DNA of 64,000 nt, taken from Asterias rubens (lineage: Eukaryota). The DNA is taken from NCBI RefSeq assembly GCF_902459465.1, contig NC_047081.1, forward strand, positions 868,001 through 932,000, in the 5' to 3' direction. Of this stretch, positions 1 to 12,567 are shown piece after piece. Both the position numbers and the translations under genes were made by a program. The stretch's first letter is position 1, and the number at the start of each line of letters is the position of its first letter. Below the pieces are notes generated by a model. The model was not told the origin of the DNA. It was given only the letters and a program-made list of their open reading frames with translations, and did no database searches.

Positions 1-2594
1 TACAAGGTATTTTTTTATAATCTTGTACACTGGTGACCTCCGAAGCCCTAAGGTATTTTTATGACCAGACAGGAGGTCAAACAATGGTTCTCAATCTGAC
101 CTTTTAAAAGTTTCAAAGGTTAAGATTTTTGTTGATGCTCTTTTTTACCAGATACTGAGAGGTAATGTTGGTCTGCTAGTTTGCATTTTGGGGAGGGAGG
201 GGGGGGGGAATCAGGAAATGTTTTGTATAATATTCTGATTAAAGCCTATACAGTAGATCAGCCCTTGAACTCAGTAAGTTTGTTTACTTTTTGTTTTAGA
301 TCATATTTGATACAGTTCACCAAAATTAATTTGTTCATTACATAATTGCTGTCCCTATTTCTTATAGTACATTTTACAATAATGTATCAATGCGTTTTAC
401 ATTAGTGCCCTGGAATTTGGACCTTTATCATGTTTATAGAAATGCTATAAAAAAAAGGTTGCCAACATTATTACACAATTTCTGTGTGAATTGCTCTTAT
501 TTCTTTCACAATACTTCTGAGATAAAATACATGTACAGGAGAAATTACAAAATAAAATAGTCAAGATTCCCAGAAATGTCTATGAACTAGTTTACATCTT
601 GGCTGAGATACTTGGCAACCTTGCCAGCTGACGCATCTTTCCAGAAAATTCTTGAGCAATGAATTTTAGTTTATAATGAAGCATGTAATGTGCGGTAAAT
701 GCGCCGCACCTGTTCGAGAATGTTACCAAACTTCCTGGTCGTCACGGCCCTGCGCTATAATTTACTATCAAATTCCACGCCCTTTCCTGTCCTACTTGTT
801 TTTCAAACGAGAAATATTGCGAAAAAGGGTTGTAATGGTGGCAAGTTTAGACAGAGTTCCTTGTGAATACACTATGATTCATATCATATGAGATGTATGA
901 CAATATTTTCAGGGACACACCAAGGAGTAAAAAAATAGTTGGGTGTGCGCCATCATTCAAACATGCATTAATGCGATGGCCTAATTCCATAAAGCTATTA
1001 AGCACAGAAATTTGCTAATACAGCAATGTCTTGCCTAGCAGATTTGGCATGGCGTGTCATAGCTGACCAGCTTTTAAGAGCAGAGGACGTGTTTAGTCCC
1101 GGTTGTTGCATATATTTGTCTTTGAGCAAGATACTTTACCATAATGGCTTTGTTTGATGGGACATTAAGCCGTAGGTCCCATGTACATGTACTAGAATTG
1201 GCAGTGCACATAAAAGTGTTTAAACACACTTGTAAGTAAAATGTTGCTCAAAATGCCTTATCTAACCATGTAAGGTTTTATTGCCATTAATTATAAGAGT
1301 GATTACTAAACAGACACCTTCTCTTAAAAAACATTTAAATGCAACTGAAAACCCTTATATGTTTCCATTGAGGTTTATTAAGCTGAAGGGAATGTGAAGT
1401 TAAAACCCTCGGATCGATTAAACGCTCATCAGAGATTAAGAGATAATTATTCGCATCGGGCAATAAAAGCTGAGTCAATCTAAGGCAGCCGCATGAATAA
1501 GTAGAAAATGCGTAGAGATACTGAAGATCGCTGAGTCAATATTTGCGGTGGGAGTCCTTAAACAGGTGTGTCTTGAACGAGGCAGTCTTTGGTGAATGTT
1601 CGGAGTCGCGTGTAGCGACAACCTGTTTGAGTCTCCTGGAGAGATAAGACTTTAAGAAGATGAGTCGCAGAAACTGCTGTCTTGGATGAAATACTGCAGA
1701 AGTCTTAAGTGGTAATTTGTGGTAAAGTCATGCAGGGCTACTTTCAAAAAGACTGTTGCGATATGTTTAAAATGCCAAACCATCAGGAACCAGATCTATG
1801 TAGATGTACTTTCATAGTTTAGAAGCGTTACACCCAAAGGGGTCAGGGGACTTCATCCTCTAGACCAAGGGAAGACCTAGGCCCACTTCCTTCGTTTCTT
1901 ATTCATGGCGATGTAGAGAGACTAGTTATGTAATACCAGAAGGTTCAGGGGGGTCATCCTCTAGACCAAGGCCTGGCTACCCATTTGCAAGATGAAAAAC
2001 GATTATCAATTTCAAACCTTAAATATTCACGCAACTTCGCAATATTTCTTGAGTTATAGTGGTGAACAACTATTAAATACGAAATAAATGTTGCGCAAGT
2101 GGTTGACATCCGTCGTTTCAGAAAAGTTTCAGGAAATTGGCGGCTGATGTTGTTTCCTCCACTTTGATAGTGTTCCAGACGGAAATATTTCTCTAGAAGA
2201 TTATCTTCACGATTACCTTTTGGAGTTTTTTCTTATTAAGATTGGTCAATTTATACACGATCGCTAATCCTACACTTTACCTTTAAGATTTGAATAAACG
2301 CTGAAGAAGTATCATCTGTCTTAATCCAAGTCGATGGCAGATTCAAAACAGTCGCCCCCCCCCCCCACCATCCCTGCCAAAAACCGCAAATATTTAATCA
2401 TCTTCCAGACACCTTCTAAGTGTCAAATCTGACAGCAACTTAAGACATCTGGGTACAGAGTGCTTGTTGTCCCCGTGTTCCAGGGTGGGCCACGAGGGCC
2501 ATGAGGGCCATAACTACATGAATTGACTCAGACGTACGTCATGAGTGTGAACATTGCCCCCCTTGAGTTTGATGTCCTTGCGTTCAAGTTATAG

Positions 2595-2651
2595 ACAATG
2601 CTCAAATTAAGGAGGACTGGCGTTCATTAAGGGAGAGGGCCACTTCCATAC
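2595..2651 (+). CDS. Possible 57-nt phase 1-1 upstream exon of RhoGAP paralog A
   Basis: gttatag|ACAAT...ATAC|gtacgt, open in the frame that joins the 3134 exon (NAQIKEDWRSLRERATSI). No homology support. Confidence 0.3.
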
Positions 2652-2859
2652 GTACGTCCCACCCCCGCATTCAGATGGAGATCCACTTAACTGCCACACC
2701 CAAATGAAAAACATGTATCCGGGTTTATTGTTACTTAACCACGGTTTTCTCCTTGCACAAACAAGCACGTGAAATCCTGAAAGTGTTGCGTAAATCCAGT
2801 GTATCAAAAAATAAACCTCAAGGGAAACTGACTCTGTAGATTTCAAGTAATTTTTAAAA

Positions 2860-3020
2860 AGGCTTTCCAGCCCTTATGTTGGTGGTCTTCCTATTTGTTA
2901 AAATCTTTGTTCGGGGTGCCATTCAGAAGCCATTCAACCGATAACTGCTGTGTAGCAAGGGATCACACCTAAATTATGATACAACCTGGGAAGTGGCAGC
3001 CAGGGGATCACCTTAAGAAG
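2860..3020. repeat. Dispersed repeat; inverted copy at about 48350-48500
   Basis: GGGATCACACCTAAATTATGATA...GGCAGCCAGGGGATCACCTTAAG matches the reverse complement of 48352-48415. Confidence 0.75.
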
Positions 3021-3133
3021 ATGCGACTTTTTATTTCAGATTTCCAATATTAAACCGCAAGGCTGTTGCTGTTGGGCTCCTATGCTTTGCTACTAGTTCA
3101 GGACTTAATTATTTATTTGTTTTTATTTAACAG

Positions 3134-6100
3134 AACGCAAAGCTCCAACCAAAAGAGGAACACCAAATGAAAAACATAATTCAGATTGTGAGTATAATTT
3201 TGATAATTTTGGGGACCTTGGAGTGATTGTAGGATGGCAGGTTCAAGGATTTTTACAAGGGTGGGGTCACAAGAAAGGGTCCCAAGAAACGTGGGACACT
3301 GGACAGTACAATAATTAACACTAAGTACATTTTGAAGAATTTAACAACCAATGCTTTAAGTGAGCAAGGGACCCTTGCTAAATTGCTCTAGTGTGAAGCG
3401 GCTTTTCTTGAAATGTGAGCCCTGCCCCATGCAATACAAAACATCCCTTAAGTGTCATGTCTGTTTTTATTGAGATATTTTAGACCCAACTCTCAGCCAA
3501 AAAGAATAAAGAGATAAGTATCATGATGGAAACCTTCCAACAAGGTCGGGTCATGCTGTCTAAATAAAGGTCATCACAGGAAAGGTTGGGTGATACTGTT
3601 TTCTGAGGCAATTTACTGGTCGAGCGTAAGTCAAAGCCGAAGCCAGAGTCAAAGCCGAAGCCCAAGGCTTTAAAAAGCTCTGGTGTTTTTATGAACACTC
3701 ATCTCAGTACTACCTATATGTATAAAGTGTTTTGAATGAGAAATGTAAGTTATTTTTATTTTGCTCCTTGTTCTCTTCAGCCAAGAAAGGTGGTAGTCAC
3801 GGCTCACCGTCAAAACCCTTCTTGGTGTGTTCCTCGACGCTGATGGAACTAGAGCACTGGCAGAGAGAGATACGAAGAGTCCGAGGAGGTGAGCAGGTTG
3901 TTTTCTTGATAACTGAACATTAAACTAACCCCAGGAATAAGCCAGCAGATTCATATATTTTTGACAATATATATATTTTTTTTTATATGAATAATCAGTT
4001 TCAAACCGATTAGTAAAAATTCAATCTGAAATTCAATTTTGATTCCCCATAATCATTCTAATGCCTTTTTTCAACAAAGCACCAAGACTCTGGATTTCAC
4101 TTCCTGAAGACCTCGGAGCAAATGCACAACATCACTCTCTTCCAGTAGAAACTTAAAACACACTTGTTCACACTTGTTCATGCTTGCTTTCTCAACAATT
4201 TGAGAGTATCTTAACTTAACTTAAGCTTCTACTAGACCGGAGCTCTAAAAATGGTTTACAGAAAGTGCACCTTACAAATGCTGTATTAGTTTTAATTATC
4301 AAAGCAAATAATTATGGTATTGCCTTTTTTGACTGATAATAGAAAAGGTGCCTTTGCCAAAACTAAACCTAAACCTGCTTTGTGCTGAGTATGACACGTT
4401 GGTCACGTACTGTCCCCTAACATTGCTGAATCACAGTCAGCCTTCGGACACCTCATACTCTTGCGTAAATATTTAAAGGGGTGACACAGAATCCGTAATC
4501 CGACATCAGGATGAAAAAGCAATCAGGCCAAATTGGCAATTACGCTTACATGTACAGCTGCGAATGTTGCTTTTTTTGAGATATCGCTCAAAATCCAGAG
4601 CTCTTCTTTCCACGCAGAAAAAAAAATCCGTGATTGGAATACACAATCTGAGAAAGTAGCGCTTCTCAGATTCAAATTTCGGGGCATTTAAACTGATATC
4701 GTTTTTTCATCACCACATTACTTCAAAGTGAAATGATTCTCAAAATGCTCAAAAAACCAAGTTTGTATTGCTATTACATAGTACCAAACATATACCTTTT
4801 TCTTTTTTAAGCTTGGAAATATTTCAATTAAGTAATTCCCTTACAGGTTTTTTTCCTGATCGGTGGTAAAATCCTGATTCTACACAAACACATATCATAC
4901 AGAGGCACATAATTATCGTGTTTTCTTCATCTGATCTTGATGAATTGATTGCTTCAAAAGAATGCATGACTTTGCAACACACTAGCGGAAGTTTTTACTA
5001 TAAGAACAAATAAGCACAAGGTTAAAAATCTGTTTACTGATGTTTGGCGGACAACATCTGACACTACCTTTAAGTCAGCCTGAGCCATCCCAGACAAAGC
5101 CCACAGGAGACCCAAAACACACTGGAAATGCTCACCGAGGCCTGGCTGGTCTCGATAGCGGAGAAAAAGGAAAAAACTCCGGAGGAAAGTTCAGTGGAAA
5201 TGTCAAACAATTCATAGAAGTCACTTCAATGACTCACATTTGATTTCTTTATGCCTACTGCTACTTGGCCCTATTTCTTAAAGCTGTTTAGAAACAACTT
5301 TCTTTACTAAGCAAAAATTGCTCAGGCACCAGTTGCAACAATGCAAACTTTGTTGCATTTTGGCTTTTACCCAGTTTCTGCTTAGCAATTTTGTTCTGTG
5401 CTTAACACATTTTTGTACTTACAGGCTTTATAAAACTAGGCCCTGGTATTTCAACCGTCTTTAAAGCTCTATGTCATCTAAACTGGTTCCCTGTTCTTGT
5501 ACCCTTCAAGGGTATAGGCAAGTTGCTTTTACCAACTGAAGGTTTCATTGGTTGAGACTGTGCTGGCATGCGGGCACATGTACGGAAATCGCATTGCTCT
5601 CTAAATCCAGCAGGAAGAATATCTAGTGGCGCCTCGGTGGTTGTTTAACACCCATACCATTCACTTGATCATTACTTTGAACATCCAAACCACCCTTAAC
5701 TCTAAATGGAATCTTATTTGTCTTCCTTTCTAGGTGTTTTCGGCCAGAGTTTAGAAGACACCATTATTAATGAGAGTGACTCCTGTACAAAGGTCATCCC
5801 GACGGTTGTAGAGCTGTGTGTCAATTACATTAGGAATAACGGACTGAGAGAGGAAGGCATCTTCAGGTAGGGTTTGTTTGATTGTTTGTTTGTTCATTGT
5901 TGGGGTGTTTGTTTGTTTTTGTTTGTCTGTCTGTTAAGATAATCTCCCGTCAAGGGAACTCGACAAACTCCCACAAGGGGATAAAAACACCAAGCAAGCA
6001 AAAGCAAATCTCTCTCACATGCAAACATTGGTTTAACGTCTATGATTATGAATTGCACAAATCAAGAATTTTGTGACTCAGTAACTAGACGACAATACTA

Positions 6101-8243
6101 AGTCTAGTCATTGACCTAGCTTGGTAGGATTCAAGCCCCAATCCTTTTGATTGCAAGTCCTGCAGTCTAACCACTGAACAAATAGTTTTGCCCTTTTGCT
6201 GGTTGTAACAAGTATGATTGCTAAAACTCTACGTTTTTCTAACTATAGATTGAACGGACGCAGTTGTCTGGTGCAAGAGCTTCAAGATGCTTTTGACAAA
6301 GGGGAAAGACCCAGCTTTGACGAGGCAAACGCAGGGATCCACACCATTGCCTCACTGCTGAAGCGTTACTTCCAGCTTCTCCCGGAGCCTATCATCCCAT
6401 GGCGCCATTGTAAATATTTCATCCCCGTCATGCAGTACCTCCAAGAGAACGAAGATGAAGGTCGACACAAGCTGATCATCCAGCTGGCCCTCCTTCCCCG
6501 CATAAACTACAACCTTCTTAAGTATCTCTGTCAGTTCCTGCACGACGTCCATCGCCAGGAGGCCTTCAATAAGATGGGACTTGGTAACCTAGCTAATATC
6601 TTCGCTCCGCATATCTTACGGCCGAAGCACGCCCAAGGGGCCTTCTTGCTCGGAAGCACAGCTCTCAGCTTAAGACTCGTGCACTACCTGATCAACCATC
6701 AGGACAAGTTGTTCCCACCGACGAGTGATATACTGATGGACTATGAGGTCATTGAAGCCCCACCTTCTTCGGCATCGCCGATGTCTAGCTTCGACTCGAC
6801 AGGGAGCTTGTATGAGAGGGCGAGCTCCTGTGAGTACGAAGTCGAGATCATTCCAAGATTTCAGGAAAATGGGAAGGATTGGCGAGGAGGTGACGGGCAG
6901 GAGAAGAAACACAGCAGGATTCAGAAGACAGAGAGCTGTAATTACGAGTTGGAACTCTTTGGGGAGGAGTACGGCACCCCGGCAGATGTGAACAGTATCT
7001 ATGAGAACTTAGATCTCTCCAGTGGACCCTCATTAATTGAATCCCTGAAGAATCGCATCTCGGAAATGCCGAATAAACCGCCCTCGCAGAATGAGCAGAA
7101 AGCAAAGCGGTACGGCGTGTCATATCGTGATCCCGCTTCGTTCGGCGTTATTGCAAACGGACCGCGACGTCACTCCAGCGATAACCCCCACAGCGGTAAG
7201 GTGAATGGGTCGGACGGACCGATGTTGCGTGGAAAGAAACATAAGTTTCAGAATGGAGACGTTCACAGCCAGGTGCAGTCCACCTATCAGAATGTGAAAT
7301 CCTTAGCGATTGCCATCAAGGAGCAATCACCAGACACCTGTAATGGGGCCAACGCCTACCAGAACCCAAACCCACTTCATACTGCTTTGATTCGGGACCT
7401 TAAAGCGGCTACCACAAGCGAGGATGACTATCTCCAGCCGATATTCGTCAAGCAATCTACAAGGACCAATGGGGAGGCCCTAAAACCCCCGCCCAAGACC
7501 GCTGTCAAGACGGTCTTTAACAGTGACACAACGAAACCTAGACAAAACCAGGTGCAACGATCAGGCACCAACGAGATGAACGGTAAGCCCTCTACGAGTG
7601 CAAAACCTATACCAAGTGGGGATACAATGGCGCCCTCGCAAGGGTTGAGAGCACGGTTACGACAGAAAGAGGAAGAGATTGGTAGACAGCAGAAAACATT
7701 GGATAAAATCAAGAAAGAGCGGGAATCACTAAGAGTCAAGTTGTGCGCTGAGGTTAGTTTTTCTTTATTGTCATTATTTTTTTTATTTTTTTTCAGACCA
7801 AATTCTCAAAGAGGCATTCAAGATGAGGGCTGAAAAGTAAGGGTGGAGAGAAATATCTTCTTAAGTGGGAGAGCATCTCAAAAGTCGGACATGCTCTTGA
7901 TACAGGGGACAATCCCTTGGGCATACTTTGGCAATCTAGTGGACTGTCGGAATATTCTGCGGGATCTTGACATTGTGCCAAACCTTAGGAATACCAACAA
8001 CTCGAATATTCCGATGTTCCTGCCCTGAAATGTACAAGTTCACTCAAAGAAACAAGCTGGCATGGTATTAGGATATTGTTTTGGAACAAACAATGGGGCT
8101 TAAGAACTCAACATGTGAGACTCAAGTATTTCCATTTCATCTTTTATCTATTCTAGGAGGCAGCCCGTAACTCAACAGAGGAGCGGAATCGTCAGTTGCA
8201 GCTGGAGATTGACAGCCTCAAGAGACGTCTTGGGATCAGATGA
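3134..8243 (+). CDS. ARHGAP24-like: Rho GTPase-activating protein, ARHGAP22/24/25 family (PH C-terminal part + RhoGAP + coiled coil), paralog A; 5' end unresolved
   Basis: GT-AG exons with consistent phases: 3134-3187, 3781-3888 (FLVCSSTLMELEHWQREIRRV, PH last strand and helix), 5734-5866 (GVFGQSLEDT...GLREEGIFR, arginine finger), 6249-7752 (LNGRSCLVQELQDAFDKGERPSF...NKMGLGNL), 8157-8243 (EAARNSTEERNRQLQLEIDSLKRRLGIR*). The 133-nt and 87-nt exons match paralog B in length and phase. The 3134 exon is less certain than the others. Confidence 0.9.
5266..5444. mobile_element. MITE family B
   Basis: GGCCCTATTTCTTAAAGCTG ... GCTTTATAAAACTAGGCCC; body like 9097. Confidence 0.75.
5872..6179 (-). mobile_element. 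tRNA-derived SINE, second family
   Basis: Head GTTCAGTGGTTAGACTGCAGGACTTGCAATC...GGCTTGAATCC on -; body shared with 12318-12567; (CAAA)n-type tail. Confidence 0.7.
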
Positions 8244-8524
8244 GGCTCCTCAGCAGCATCATCGTCTCATTCTCATCATCTTCAGAAATACTCATCACCT
8301 CTCAAGTTCTTGTAAGAAAAACTTCTTTACTTAAGGGAAGGTAAAAATTTGGTAATCACTCTTAAAGTTAATGGCGAGAAAAACATTTGGTTTATACAAG
8401 CCAAAATTATAATTTCAGAATTGCACTATATGAGAGCCAATATTACTATTCGTAAACTGTAACTTAAGTAGGATTTGAAGGTTTTTGGTTAAACCATGTG
8501 GAAATCTTTGTTTGAGTAGTGTTT

Positions 8525-8710
8525 TTTCTGAAAAGAACAGGTGGTTAACTGGTATGCTCTGATCGTCTTCCATTCTTGTTGGAACGATCAGAACATACTG
8601 ATCAAAACGTTGAGTCGTTAACCATCGGTTCTTTTCAGAACCAACACTCCTCATAAAGAGATTTCCACATGGTGTTACCGCAAACCTCTCTTAGTTAAAC
8701 TGTTACTTGT
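8525..8710. mobile_element. Penelope-like element terminal remnant (head-to-head inverted partial copies)
   Basis: GATCAGAACATACTGATCAAAACGTTGAGTCGTTAACC...GGTTCTTTTCAGAACC, shared with 29625-29750 and 57370-57462; inverted partial copy at 8528-8571. Confidence 0.55.
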
Positions 8711-9096
8711 ACGCCTACGTTTCGCTCTCCAATATGTCCACTCCGCCACAGCTGTTTAAATCACAATGTTTTGATTGTGAGAGTTTGTATCTGGTTGCGA
8801 TGTTAACCAGGACAGAAGATAACAGGAAAGCCCCTAGTAATCTCAACCTATGAGTGAGGGCGGTTAACTCCATGCAGTATGAGAGGTGTCATCAGCAGAT
8901 TGCCTCCCCATCAATCATAAGTGCTTATAATCGGAGCTGATTTTAAGCTCTGATGCTTGTGTGGTTTTATTGATGGGTGTGAAATGATCAGTAGTGGGAG
9001 GTTGACAAGGTCAGCAAATGAGGTGGGGGAGGGGGTTATGGACTGTTGCTCAACACAGAGTACGCTTTGCTGACCACTGTTATCGTGCTTAACACC

Positions 9097-9480
9097 AGGG
9101 CCCTATTTCATATTAAGCTGTTAAGCAGAAAATACAGCTTTGCAAATTTGCTAAGAAACAAATGAGTAGGGCACCAGTTGAAACAATGTAAACTGTATGG
9201 AACTTTGGCTGATAATAACCAGTTTCTGTGAAGCAAGGTTTTTCTGTGCTTAGCAAGTTGTTATGCTCAAAGGTTTTTATGAATTTGGGCCCTGAGCACA
9301 ATTTCATAGAGCTGCTTAAGCATAAAATATTGCTTAAAAAGTTTCTAATAAGCAGAAATTAGCAGGATACCAGTCACAGATTGCACATGAGCAGTGTCAT
9401 TTTGGCGGCTTGTACTTAAGCACAATTTTGTTGGGCGTAGCTACTTTTTCTACTTAACTATCTCTATGAAATTTGGTCCT
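9097..9480. mobile_element. Two adjacent MITEs of family B (GGGCCCAATTTCATA TIR, GCTAAGC-rich)
   Basis: 9097-9294 CAGGGCCCTATTTCATA...TATGAATTTGGGCCCTG, then 9295-9480 CAATTTCATAGAGCTGCTTAAG...CTCTATGAAATTTGG. Confidence 0.8.
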
Positions 9481-10956
9481 TTACCTAAATTTATTTTCAT
9501 AAAGCTGTTAAGCAGAAAATACGGTTTGACAAATTGCATAGCAGAGTATTCTTTAACTTGGTTTGAGGCTGAATAAATGCAGGTTTTTCATCTTTGTGGG
9601 TTTTTCTAACCCGAGGGCAAGATTAACCCTTGGCTTTACCCCACCACACCCCTCTCTGATTGAATTAGGAGAAACAATTACACCCAGTTGCCCAAAAGGC
9701 CACAAGGCTCTACTGCACAGAATCCCTGAGCTATTCCAATAAGGCCAGTCAAAAAGAAATACTTGTAGGCTGTGCCGTTAAAACTGGCGGGCTGTGTCAT
9801 TTCACTTGAAACCAAACTTGCGCTCAAAGAAAACCCAAACAAAGCAAACAAAGAAACAACACAAAATCCGTAAAAAGTAAAACCATAAGCAACCTCGTTT
9901 AAGATAGAAGCGAAAATAGAACCAGCTGTTGTACCAACCAAACCTCTGGTATGAATTCAAAACAAAATGTTTTTAAACAACCTGACGTTTGGACCATACC
10001 AGAGTCTTTCTGGAGTTAAGATTGAATGAAATTTACTGACACCTTCACCAGATGGTGTCTGTAGATAGTTGAAACTTCTCCGAATTCTTGGCAGTGTTTT
10101 TTCTTTTTTTCAGACTGATTAATCCAAGGTGCATTCACTTAATGGGAAAGATCACTATCAGATTTAAACCGTCTCCAACCCCTATTTCCTGTCCAAGTAA
10201 AGACGGATTTGTAGTCAAATGTAGATGTCGAGGGGGTGAACAAATGACGACAGTTTTAAAGTAAAAACATCCAGAAAAGTTGAGCTCAATTCAATTGGGA
10301 AGAATCATTCTCTGTGAATTTCATAGGCATGAAATTCACCTCGCTTTTGTCAATTAGGACTACAGATATCTTTAGAGGGATTGATTTGATGTCATTCACA
10401 GCGGCGGTGTGTCCCTGTCGTATTTTATGCACATATCCTGTGTTACTGTTTATGTTGATGACATGGTTTGTCACATGACCTGTTTCAATTTACATTTTAA
10501 TGAATATTCATAATATTTATATCAACTTGGTGACTTGTTTAGTGACTATAATTGTAACTGTCACATTTAGTGAAGTGACTCCGCCCCCCTGAATCTATCC
10601 AAACGCACGTAGCCCCACATGGTGTTTTTTTCAGAAGTGGAGTTAACTGGGTGATTGGGAGTCCAGGTGCCAGTCCAAAACGCCTCAACTCCGTTGGCAT
10701 GGTAACATCCATCAAACCGGGGGAAAAACAAAGAATATCATAGTTACTCATGTACACGTTGACAGTAAAACTTGATAACAGTTTTCGTCAAATGTTAGAA
10801 GGGGGAGGGTTTGTGAGTCATTTTGTAGAATGTTCGACGAACGACGTTGTGTCGTTGGGCTGTGTTAGATTAAAGGAAGACCCTTGTGGGTTTTAGTGAC
10901 TCATTGTTGGTCTGCAGAGACAATGCCAACCTGACACATTCACTGTTGGTCCTTCA

Positions 10957-11474
10957 CTCATGGGTTTACTAGACAATCTTTAAAGGGATGGTACATCATT
11001 GTTTGCTGGAAGAGTACATTCATTCCAAACTCTCATGGGTTTACTAGTCAATCTTTAAAGGGATGGTACATTATTGTTTGCTGGAAGAGTACATTCATTC
11101 CAAACTCTCATGGGTTTACTAGACAATCTTTAAAGGGATGGTACATTATTGTTTGCTGGAAGAGTACATTCATTCCAAACTCTCATGGGTTTACTAGACA
11201 ATCTTTAAAGGGATGGTACATTATTGTTTGCTGGAAGAGTACATTCATTCCAAACTCTCATGGGTTTACTAGACAATCTTTAAAGGGATGGTACATTATT
11301 GTTTGCTGGAAGAGTACATTCATTCCAAACTCTCATGGGTTTACTAGACAATCTTTAGAGGGATGGTACATCATTGTTTGCTGGAAGAGTACATTCATTC
11401 CAAACTCTCATGGGTTTACTAGACAATCTTTAAAGGGATGGTACATTATTGTTTGCTGGAAGAGTACATTCATT
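10957..11474. repeat. 75-bp minisatellite, 7 near-identical copies (plus a decayed 8th to about 11537)
   Basis: Unit starts CTCATGGGTTTACTAG at 10957, 11032, 11107, 11182, 11257, 11332, 11407. Confidence 0.97.
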
Positions 11475-12317
11475 TAGATCCTGTTTACAAGAAACATCAT
11501 CAAGGGGTGGTACATCATTGGTTATTAGAAGAGTAAAGTCTCCCGAAGATGATGAGAGCAAGCTAGTCGAACGTTGAGACCAATTTAAGAACTCACTCCC
11601 TGGTGCATCATTGTTTGCTTGTCAAACCAGGCAGTTTAAAGGCAACAAGTTTTAGAAACTTGCAAAAAAAAAACACTTTATTTCGATTAAATTTTGGGAG
11701 AAAAGGAAACCACTTGAAAACAACAAATTCTACAAAATTTTCCTTCTTCTAAAATGAATGTTTTTTATTAAATATTAACCATTCCAGTTGTAATATTTCT
11801 GTATTAAAAGTGTATTTTAAATCAAATTTAAATATACAGATTTCTGACTGTAAAAACTTGAAACTGTAAATATTCGTATGTAATACTAATCAGTGCAGTG
11901 GTATTTATATCTACTTTATTGTGCTGGGGAAAAAAAGAAGGGCTGACAATAAAACATAACTTGTACATTAAATGTTTCCATCTATTGTCTTTATTTAAAT
12001 GCAGCTGGTATCAAGAAGCATCTGTGCCCCACTCATTTTTTGCTTAGCGAAGATTTCTGCTCAACTGGGTTGTAAAATTGGGTCCAGTCCCTTTATTTCT
12101 TGTTGCCTGTCTTGATTTAGAATCCACATTTGATGTCTTCATTTAACAAGATACGAACACGTTATTATCGCTAACTATAACTAAATTAAGTTGAGGGGTG
12201 AGTGGTGTGAGTAGATGATAATTCAACCCATGCCACCTTGGCTTCCTGATATCTTAATTGCTCACACTTTACGCGAAGGTTCCCTAAGACAATGGAGGAG
12301 TAATCTTACAGGAGTCT

Positions 12318-12567
12318 ACTTGTTTGTTGTTTATATGATCTTCCCGTCAAGGGAACTCGGCAAACTTCCTTAAGGGATATAAACACATACAAACATTGGT
12401 TTAACGTCTATGATTATGAATTGCACAAATCAAGAAATTATTGTTCATTATAACCATGGAGCATGCTCCATTGTAAAATGTACCGACAAAACTGATTCTA
12501 GTCATTGTGAAATCAGTGGATAGCTAGGTAGGATTCGAACCCACAACCTTTTGATTGCAACTCTAAC
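12318..12567 (-). mobile_element. tRNA-derived SINE, second family
   Basis: Shares TCCCGTCAAGGGAACTCG and CAAACATTGGTTTAACGTCTATGATTATGAATTGCACAAATCAAG with 5941-6068; B box GGTTCGAATCC on -. Confidence 0.72.

Noticed and set aside
1730-1800. MQGYFQK...EPDL as the first coding exon of RhoGAP A
   Set aside because: The phase would fit the 2595 exon, but the donor (gtagat) is weak and there is no homology, so I cannot support it.
2860-3020. Repeat shared with 48350-48500 as a relic of the RhoGAP duplication
   Set aside because: The two copies lie in non-homologous introns, and the paralogs are too diverged for neutral intron similarity to persist; a dispersed repeat is more likely.
6352-7739. 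Antisense or alternate-frame ORFs over the large RhoGAP exons (also 46405-47076)
   Set aside because: Shadows of GC-richer coding sequence with no recognisable motifs.
10957-11474. CRISPR-like appearance of the regular array
   Set aside because: Units are identical end to end with no unique spacers, there are no cas genes, and the context is eukaryotic.
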